64,000 bases of DNA, taken from positions 79,422,001 to 79,486,000 of the forward strand of contig NC_043005.1 in the NCBI RefSeq assembly GCF_006345805.1. Direction: 5' to 3'. Each line of letters opens with the position of its first letter. The stretch's first letter is position 1. Below are positions 53,976 through 64,000 of this stretch, in pieces. Made by a program: the position numbers and the translations under genes. The notes beneath the pieces are model-generated. The model did no database searches and was not told the origin of the DNA. It worked only from the letters and a program-made list of their open reading frames with translations. Origin of the DNA: Octopus sinensis. Lineage: Eukaryota.

Positions 53976-55498
53976 CTTACTCCAGCTTGGCCTCGTTCAA
54001 TCAGAGTCCACCCATGCCCAACCAATAATTTTTCATAGGTACAGTGCTGTGCATCTAGATCTATATTACCCAATGTGTCCCTTTTGTTACGGGCTTGATG
54101 TCCTTTAGTCCTTAAAAGTTATCGTTCATAGAAATAAGATTTACTTAGCAATTGAAAATGGTCTTATAGAAATCTTTTCTTTTATCTCTTCTAATTCTTC
54201 TTACTTCAGTCTGTTGACTGTGGCCATGCTGGTGCACTGACGTGAAAATATTTAATCGAATAAAGCGCTCCCAGGACTTATTCAAGTCGATCTCTCTTGC
54301 CGAACCGCGAGAATACGGATATGTAAACACACCAACAGCGGTTGCCTAGCGAAGGTGAGGGACAGAAACACAAACTCGCGCGCGCGAGTGTGTGCATGTG
54401 TGTGTACCTATACATATATATATTTATACATTTACAGAAAATTTACGGAAAACAAATTTACATAAAAATAAAGACGGACAGGTGAAGGAACAAGTAGCTG
54501 TTTCAGATCGTGGAAAATGGAAATATCTTTGACATTTCGAGTCTACGCTCTCCAGCAGAAAGGTTGAGAGGAAAAACATGGAGAGAGAATGAAAAAACAA
54601 ATAATAAACCAAAAAAATAATGAAGAGAGGAAAAACGAGTAGGGATTCAACTTCTTTCAGTTTGCCAACAAAATCCACTCACAATCATTTGTTTGCCCGA
54701 GCCTACAGAAGGAGACGGTTGCCTAAGGTGCCATGAAGTGGGACTGAGCCCAGAACCATGTAACTGGGTAGCATGCTCCTTACCACACACCCACACCTGC
54801 GTCAATAAATTTCTTGATTTACTAAAATTATCTCCACCTCAAAAGAAAGTATTTTAATTACCTAATGGTAATTAAGACCAACTCAACCTGAATAGGGGAG
54901 AAGAATTCTCAAAGCGTTGACATAGCTTTAAGGAAAAGGTCAGTCTTATTGTCTGGAGAAAAGAGGGCCGCTGTGGACACGTGTTTCTGTTTTTCATCTG
55001 CACTACAATTGTCCAGCCTTATTTTTTGTTGCAAAGTGATTGGGACTCATTCCAAAATAAATAATAAAAAAATCATACGTATATGCTCATTTACAGTCTC
55101 GAATTATGCGTAATTTTCTTTAAAACAGAGCTAAAAGAAGCAGATCAGAGTTGACAGAGGCATGCATTTGAATAACGTAGACAAATGGAAAAAAGGTAGA
55201 AATAATTTTAAATGAAAGAATTTAGGTAGTACAGTATTTCATATACCTGTATTTACATACGTACATGATACCATTATATATATATATATATACACGAATG
55301 TGTGTGTGTGTGCATGCGTGTGCGTGTATAGGTTACTGAAACTGCGAGTTTCTCTCGTTGTATGAGTTTGTTTCAGTAATAGATCAATATTTTCTAGAAC
55401 ATGTATTGAGCATCTGTCTTTCGTTTCTTCGGCACAAAACAACAACACATACACACGCACAAACATACACACAGACATATATATATGTATATAAATAA

Positions 55499-55561
<63 letters not shown>

Positions 55562-55775
55562 CATATACATATATATGTGTGTGTATATTTACGTTGTATA
55601 TATGTATATTTATATATATGTATGTCTGTTATACATATAAGTCTAAAGGCATATACGAATGTATATATGCTTGTATGTATATATATATTCATACAAACAC
55701 ATACATACATGCATACATACATACATACATACATACATACATACATACATACATACATACATACATACATGCATA

Positions 55776-56160
55776 AATAGACCTGATATAATGATTAGAG
55801 ACAGAGAAGAGAAACTGTGTACAGTTGTGGAAATTAGCTGCCCAGCGGACATTAACATGAAGCTAAAGATCAGCGAAAAAGAAAATACCTACGCTGAGCA
55901 ATTGAGAAAGTTACATTTAATCTATACAGATCACAAGTTCATTTTTATACCTGTTATTATTGAGGAACTGGGATTTGTAACACAGTGGCTAAATGCCAAT
56001 CTTAAGAGATTAGGCTTCTGAAAACCAGAAAGGAGGGAGCGAATTCGAAAGCTACAGATCCAATCCATCACTGGAACTGTAAATATCTTTAAAACGTCCC
56101 AGAAGTTTATAATTTAAGTATGTATGAGCATGTCTAGACATGAAATATATGCATGAAAAT
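55776..56160 (+). mobile_element. R4/Dong-type LINE 3' fragment (RLE domain) between (TACA)n tracts
   Basis: NRPDIMIRDREEKLCTVVEISCPAD...EKENTY...IPVII, premature TGA at 56019, terminal KFII* at 56117. Confidence 0.88.
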
Positions 56161-57160
56161 ATATACATACATATATGCATACATACAAACAAACATACAT
56201 ACATACATACAAACAAGCATGCATACCTGCATACGTACGTACATACATTCATACGTACATATACACATAGAGATTCAAGTAGACATACATGATACGATCC
56301 TCCCAATATCTCCCATATTGACAGTAGTGTTCGAGTGAAACAGCTGAATATTGGTAGCACTTCAGTTATGTACCATTAATTATTTGTACTGGCAGTATGT
56401 AAGTGTATCCTTATAGATTAACTAAAACCGGAACCCAACAGCCTCAATTCAAAGGGAGGCAATACAGATTTATACTCTGTTGATTTCCCCAAGGAAAATA
56501 AGTGTAAACAATAAAAAGCTATCCATCAGAATTTTATATGGTGTTGATTGATGATGGTAGATTCAAATTGATTTTAATCACATGATTATATTCATGAAGC
56601 ATTTTGCAGTAACGATCGAACGTTCTATATCATTTTATTGTGTAATTTGAGAGGTAACGTCTTGATGTTTGAGACCAAAAATTTAGAAGGGTCGTAGTTA
56701 AGAAATTATGTCAGTGATGGCATTGGAGCTAAACGATGCTTATTTGTGAAAATGGGATATCAGAGAATTATGGTTAGATCTACTAGAATACTGGGTTTGG
56801 ACTTGGGCGAAACAAAAACATATTGAAACCTTATGAAACTTAGTAGGAAGCAGAAAATGATTTGTCGGGAATATGACATGTCTGTGAGAGTTAAACCGAA
56901 ATTGAGGACAAAATGAAAGACCTTCGGACATTAGTAAACCAATGTATATTTAGTGCATAATGGCAGTGCTTATAGATGCATTTGGCTTGTTGAGGTGGCT
57001 GCAAGGATAATGATGGAAAAGTGAGTTGTAGTGTGGGAGAAAATGAAATGGGCACACCCTGGTTTCACCATCGTACCACTTTAAAAAAATGTGATACCGT
57101 GGAACGTTGTCGAAATCGTGAATTCCAATTGACAGCTGATAAATAAGTCATGTTTATACA

Positions 57161-57218
<58 letters not shown>

Positions 57219-57391
57219 GGGTGATAAATTGAATATTAATTTAATTAAAATCAATTGAAAACCAGTAGCCTAGCATAGTGTTCTGGTGTTTGCTGAATTT
57301 CTCTAGAGAACATTCTTTTCTTTGTACTTACATCGTAGGTGATCTTCTTCTAGCATATTTTGATGTTCACTTAGTGGTCATCCCTATTATA

Positions 57392-57439
<48 letters not shown>

Positions 57440-57441
<2 letters not shown>

Positions 57442-57640
57442 AATTCCAAACAAGAAAGCACAAAAAAAAACACAACAACGCGAGGACGTGGAACAAATAT
57501 AGTATTATTGGACGCTCAGGAAAGAAGGAAATGAGGGTTTAACATTTCGAGCGGAGCTCTTCGTCGGAAACATAGGAGAAGTAAAGATCCAGAGAAGGGA
57601 CGATAGAGGAAAAAAATCGCCAACGGTACACACGAGGTCA
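57440..57640 (-). mobile_element. Probable PLE-derived non-autonomous repeat with hammerhead-like motif
   Basis: Minus: CCGACGAAGAGCTCCGCTCGAAATGTT, a GAGC/GCTC stem between degenerate core boxes. Confidence 0.45.
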
Positions 57641-58950
57641 TACACACACATATATATATATATATATAGATATATATATATATGTGTAATGAGCTGGTGA
57701 AAAATCAGACAGCACCATAATAGCGAGTAATAAATTTTAGTTGCTCCAGTAGCTCATTACTGTCATAGATGTACATGTATGTGTGTGATTGCAATTACTT
57801 GTAAATCAAGGAATGCTTTCAAAAAATTAATCAAACTTCCAACAAACTTACAATTTACTCCGTTTTGGCTAATTGTTTTATTAGTTTTGTAATTTCTATC
57901 AACAAATGAAACGAGAAAAAAAAAAAGTATAGAACTTGAAAATTCCAATCTCTAATGTTAGACAAAATCTCTGAATTTTGATACACAACAATGGAAGAAA
58001 GAGGTTTGCATAAGGAACGCACACGAAGGAACAAACGAGAAATGAAAATGTTACAGCGTTGTATTGTTTCTTGTTTCAGAAATGCTTTCCTTTTCAGACC
58101 TAATTGAATTACTTTCTCATAAAGCATTCACCTTTCTTAATGAAAGTTTAATATAAATGTTGTAAGCTATAGAATTACTGTTTCAAAAAGTCGGGTTAAT
58201 AAAAAATTATAATATAACAAGAAGTTATCGTAAAGCCACTGATGAAAGAATAAAAAGAAAAAACACAAAACCACTCCTAAATTCAGAGTAAACATACTCT
58301 GAATTCTAAATACTGTTTGAAAGTAAAGAATAAATCTATTATTATATAATAACTGTATTATTTTTGTTGTTTTCGTAGTTGCTTTTTTTTCTTTATATCA
58401 GACATGTTTATCGCTTGTTTGTTTTTAGTAACAAAAGAGCAGAAGGAGTAAAAACAAAATAAGGTTAAGATATAAACTAAATAGAAGAGAAAGCGGTAGT
58501 TAAATGGATAAACTGATATACAGATAATACTATATATATATATATATACATATATTCATACATGCATATATACATAGATACATATGTATATATGTATATA
58601 TACATGTGTGTCTATGTACGCACTTACATACATACACAAATACGCATTATATATCTATCTATCTATATATATTCACTGTCTTTCTTTTTATCGTAGTCCC
58701 TGTTTCTACCTTTCCCTTTCAGTCTCTCTCTCTCTCCCTGTATATATATATATATATATACACATATATGTATATGTATGTATATGTACATTATATATAC
58801 ATGCGTTTATATATATATATTTAGAGACAGAGAGAGAGAGAGGGAGAGAGAGAAAGTTAGAGAGTAACCGAGAGGGAGAGAAAGATAGCAAGCTAGCTAG
58901 CTACATGAATAGATATATAGATAGATAGGTAGGTAGATGGGTAGATATAT

Positions 58951-58987
<37 letters not shown>

Positions 58988-59273
58988 TGGAAAGATTAGA
59001 TTAGCTTAGATGGGGAGAGAAAGAGACAGAGACAGAGACTACAATAAAACGAAAGACTAATGAATACTCTCTAAGTATGAAGAGGTAGAAAGAGAGAACG
59101 AGAGAAAGTGAGAATATGCAAAGACAATAAAAGTGAATATAAAATGTAAAGAAAAGTAGTAAAAACTTTAAACCTTGTACAGGAAATAAGAGAGATGGAA
59201 AAACATATAAAAATGCATATATGGAAATCTGAATTTAAAGAGTAAATATGACAGAAAATGTATACATGCACAA

Positions 59274-59337
<64 letters not shown>

Positions 59338-59383
59338 ATGTATATATATATATATATATGTGTGTGTGTATGTGTGAGTGTGT

Positions 59384-59440
<57 letters not shown>

Positions 59441-59570
59441 TTGTATGTGTGTGTCAATGCGTGTATCTGCATACATGTGTATTGCTATATATGTATATAT
59501 GTATATATATATATGTATATCTATCTAGCTATTTATCTATCTATCTCTATCTCTCGCTATATATATATGC

Positions 59571-59605
<35 letters not shown>

Positions 59606-60189
59606 TATGTATGTACGTGTATATATATATGTGTACATATTTATACACATATATATGTTTGTACTTACGTATGTATGTATATGTGCTTGCATGTATGTAT
59701 GTAATTATTTATACGTGTATATGTGTGTACAACAGATAGTAGAAAAAAGAAACGAAAGCTAATAATACAAAGTACATAGAAGACAGAAATTATTCAAGTT
59801 ATTATAACAGCGTAATTAATAATATCGGAGGACGTGGTAGGGAGGATTAACAATGAATAGAGCAGCATTTCGGTCAGAAATTTATCATAATAAATTTTCA
59901 CAAACGCATGAATTAGAAATAAATTTTGCTTTAAAACAGTAGTAATTTTCCTAAACTTCACAATTGAGATTATTCATGCTGAGTTATTCATTTCCATAGT
60001 TTAGTAAAAAGATTTAAAATAAAATAACACATCTCTTTTTTTTTTACAGCGTAATTAACGCCTGTCCTATTATACGCACTTAATGAGATCTGTAGCTTCT
60101 AATTTTCTTTTAAGTTTTACAAACTTTGTTACAAATTTGAATTCAGTAAACCAAGTAAATAATACGAGGAAAGAAAACCTGTTTTATAA

Positions 60190-60425
60190 TAACAATGTTT
60201 GATAATGACGACGAGGATGAAGTCAAAAATGGCGATGAAGATGATGCTGATAATGACGACGACAAAAGCGGAGAAGTTGATAATGATGCTGGTGACAAAG
60301 CGGATAGTAACAACGATGAAGATAATGAAACAGGCGGTGGTCGTTGCAGGGATAATAACAATTATGATAATAAAAATTACAATGATTACATGTATAATCT
60401 ATCATTATTATTATTGTTATTATTA

Positions 60426-60474
<49 letters not shown>

Positions 60475-60477
60475 CAT

Positions 60478-60511
<34 letters not shown>

Positions 60512-60539
60512 AGCAGCATCAACATCATCATCATGGTCG

Positions 60540-60584
<45 letters not shown>

Positions 60585-60709
60585 ACATCATCATAATCGT
60601 CGTCATCGTCGTCATCATCATTATCAGAGTCGTTATTGTTATTTTATTGCTATTACTATCATTTTTGTTGTTGTTGTTGTTGCTGTTATTATTATTATTA
60701 TTATTATTA

Positions 60710-60755
<46 letters not shown>

Positions 60756-60780
60756 CATCATAGTTATTATTTGATGTCGG
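60190..60780. repeat. (GAT)n/(TTA)n/(CAT)n tract
   Basis: Simple repeats. Confidence 0.95.
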
Positions 60781-61377
60781 TGTTTACAACAATGATATTA
60801 AGACAATACCACTAATAATGTTAAAGAATTGTTCTAATAACAAGCGTGAGATAACTGAAGCTGATAATGATGCTGATCTTAATGATAATTTAATAAGAAA
60901 CGATTATTCTTATTATTTTCATCGTGATCGTTATTCATAGTTATTTCATTAGTAGCAGTTGCCGCAGTAGCATTAGCTGCACTAACATTAATAATAGAAA
61001 TAGTATTAGCATTTCAGTAACAGCAGCAGAAGCAGTTGTTGTTATTGTTTTTGTTGTTGTTAATAATGGCGACTGTAGCGGTAATGCAATGGTGGTTTAT
61101 CGGCTGAGTTCAGTGTTGCTTTATTGTTATTTTCACGTCACCTTTTGTTAGTGATCATTTGCGAAGTATCTTATTCGTTATTCTTTGTTATTCCATAGCC
61201 GTATGTATGACAAGTAGCAAAACTACATTCAATGCAGTAGGGAAACCGATACACGTACATACATACATGCATGCATGCATATACATACATACATACATAC
61301 ATACATACATACATACATACATACATACATACATACATACATACATACATACATACATGATGGCTGTTCCTTCGTTA

Positions 61378-61600
61378 TCGAGTATGGCCATTGCACGAAG
61401 CTTAACTGTTATTGGTGCTCTGATTGAATGTGACTTTTTAGCCCAGCTAAAGATCTACAATGTCTTGTGCAGAATTGGCAGCTAAAACCTTTACCGGCAG
61501 TAGCCGGCTGTAGTTGTAACTGGGCTTCATGTGTTTTGCATGTCGTTTAAGTCCTCTTGCCGAATTATACTCTCTTCTACATGCGTGACAGATATGATTA
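61378..61600 (-). mobile_element. RTE-type LINE 3' end with two C2H2 fingers and (TATG)n tail
   Basis: CHACRREYNSARGLKRHAKH, frameshift, CQFCTRHCRSLAGLKSHIQSEHQ*; short UTR followed by a tetranucleotide tail. Confidence 0.7.
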
Positions 61601-62089
61601 GTAATGTGTGTAACACCACCACCACCACCATACATACATATATACATACATAAATATGTACCTATCGTTATAAGTGTGTTAGGTTATGTACCAACAACTT
61701 TCCACAAAAACATAGGGACACTTATTTTCACGAAAAAAGAGCAACGGGAACAGACTCGTACTCTCTAAAACCAATCTATTCGTGGCACAGTGAAAATTTC
61801 CACGATATTCCAGAATTTCCCCATGTGAGATTCTTAAGCGAATGCATGCAGAGTCAATAGCGTATTCATCGATAGTTCAACCAACACACTAATTCAGCCA
61901 CATGTTTATAAACAGCGGGAACTCTCTTCACTCAAAAAGAGCTGTTGCTTTGTTAGCAACTGGCTTGAACTTCTCTCAAGAACTTGAATTAAACTCAAAG
62001 AAAGATCACATATATATGCATGCATACGTACATACATAAATAAATACATACATACATACATATATGTATGTATGTATATGTATGTATGT

Positions 62090-62162
<73 letters not shown>

Positions 62163-62166
62163 TAAA

Positions 62167-64000
62167 CTAGCAGGCGTACCCGGCGTTGTCCGGGTTCGTT
62201 GGTTCGAAAAGGCTTTGAAACTAATAAACACCCCCTTTCTTAAACACCTCTCACCCCTTATGGCAAGACTAATACCTAAGTAACTCATAAAGAGAAACGC
62301 ACACGTAATAATACGACAACAATCAAGTGAAGAAATAAAACAACAACAATTATAACAGCAATAACGTAGGACTGAAATATGGCGCCAGTACGGCAAGTCT
62401 ACAAAACTTCCTTATAAACAACATTTTTAGTTTTCCCATGGGGGGCGGGATTGAAGGCATGTAAACTGTTCCTACAACCCACTCTTGAGCAGCCAACGTA
62501 CAGTTGACCGTGTGAAAAGCATGGTTCGGCTCAGTAAAGTCCAACGACAGACAGCGAGTGCCCGTGGGACTTATTAATGGGCATGGCGTAACTGAGTCTA
62601 ATCGGAAACTGCAATCTGCAGAACGTGAAACGTAAGTCAGCAGCCGAAGGCACAAGGGCAATTCACAGTATGAAGACGTCTTGACCTTTACCACAGACGG
62701 TCATAATCGTTGCAATATTAGGAAATAATTTTGTGATAACAAGGCGTGTACCGTTGCACAACGTCGGTGGATTTAAATTCCTTATGAGCATAACAGGGCT
62801 ATCTGCTTTAAGAGTACGAATATGTGGAGGTACACCTGAAGGTTCCAAGGAATTCAAAAATTCAGTGGAATAATCAACTACCTCATCCTGATTGGGGATG
62901 GTGTCTACTGACTTATAGACTCTCACGTCCTCAGGCAAACCCAGTAAAAAGCTGTTGGTTGCATTGACCGCAACGTTTTTAGGAGCCAAAATGGCTCTTT
63001 GGCAAAGCCAATCTAGATCTCTGCTGTGGACTTCTAGGTCTGAGAAGACCTGGTCATGAAGACTCTGAATAGTACTGGCTATTGTGCAAATGTAACTTAT
63101 GTCAACATCTTCATTTCCATCTTCTGTAACTTCACCATTGCCAAGAAGGAGATTGTTCCTCACAAAATCTTCTGACAATGGGTCCTCATGGAAGCGCGCT
63201 CTCATGTTGGATTCTAACTTTAAAGTAACAGCATGAACCCATAGAGGTGAAGACTTAAGGCATGCAATTACTTCATCCGCCTTTCGGAATCACTGGCATG
63301 GTTTGTCTAAAGTCCCCAGATAGCAAGACAGTGACACTCCCAATCGGTTCGTGGCTCTCCTTTATGTCTCGCAAAGTTCTATCTAATGCCTCAAGGGCAC
63401 CATTGTGAACCATTGTGCATTCATCTCAAACAATCAAGCTGCAGTTTGCGAGCAATTGCTCGTTGTCCGATGTCTTTGAAATGTTGCAAACAAGCGTTGG
63501 TGAACTTGCGAGGTTAAGGGAAAGCTTAAACGTAGATGGTGCTGTCCTGCCACCAGGGAGCAGAGTAGCAGCTATTCCCGAAGTTGCTACAGTTACTGCG
63601 ATGAACTTTTGTAGTCTTGCTTTTGCAAGCATGAGTCTAGTTACGAACATTTTGCTTGTCCCGCCAGGAGCGTTAAGGAAGAAAACGCCACCTTTGCGAC
63701 GCTGGACTTGCTGAACGATAGAGTTTGGTCAGATAGGAGGAGTGCCTCATTGATCTGTACATATGCGGATAGTTCAGTAATGTCATAAGATGTTTCCCGA
63801 ACAATCTCAGAAGGGAGATCATTTGAGGTAGGCCTTCCAGCGGGAGGAAGCCCGTAAGTGGTCATTACGTCACCGCCTAAAGCTAAAGACTTGTTTTCAA
63901 TCTCAATCATCGTTAGGTTGTATATTGTATCAGGGAAACCTTTGTTTACAGTAAGGAATGACAGCTGAGCAGCTCGCCTAAAATTCTCGGACAGATCATT
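62167..64000 (-). mobile_element. Helitron 3' portion: PIF1-type helicase pseudogene, UTR and canonical 3' terminus
   Basis: FFLNAPGGTSK (mutated Walker A), [84 protein letters not shown] (stop 62399-62401); hairpin 62178-62195 and CTAG|T end at 62167. Confidence 0.95.

Noticed and set aside
56660-57150. Possible decayed LINE fragment (similar case at 19000-19500)
   Set aside because: No motif could be read convincingly by eye; needs a profile search.

Overview
AT-rich, microsatellite-saturated eukaryotic DNA, probably intronic or intergenic. The SINE types and the (TA)n/(TACA)n/(TATC)n load suggest an octopus or other coleoid cephalopod; this is an inference. No host gene can be called with confidence, and almost all ORFs in the supplied track are microsatellite translations. 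The window is a mosaic of mostly decayed transposons: three tRNA-derived SINE families in many copies, a CR1-type LINE (11.1-13.3 kb), a Tx1/L1-type LINE in (TATC)n (25.4-26.6 kb), R4/Dong-type relics (41.9-42.9 and 55.8-56.1 kb), RTE and CR1 3' ends, several Tc1/mariner relics, a near-full Penelope-like element (PLE, 33.5-36.7 kb) and two Helitron pieces (36.7-38.3 and 62.2-64.0 kb). The most unusual object is a 2.9-kb unit at 29345-32223. It has 263-bp, about 99% identical terminal inverted repeats carrying a hammerhead-like motif, and encloses one uninterrupted 327-aa ORF: an Asn-rich region plus an apparently intact PLE-type GIY-YIG endonuclease, with no reverse transcriptase. Also notable are other hammerhead-like PLE relics, several long palindromes, a SINE/LINE shared 3' tail, a Helitron-PLE junction and three speculative frame-compatible micro-exons. 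All motif calls are by eye; no searches were run.
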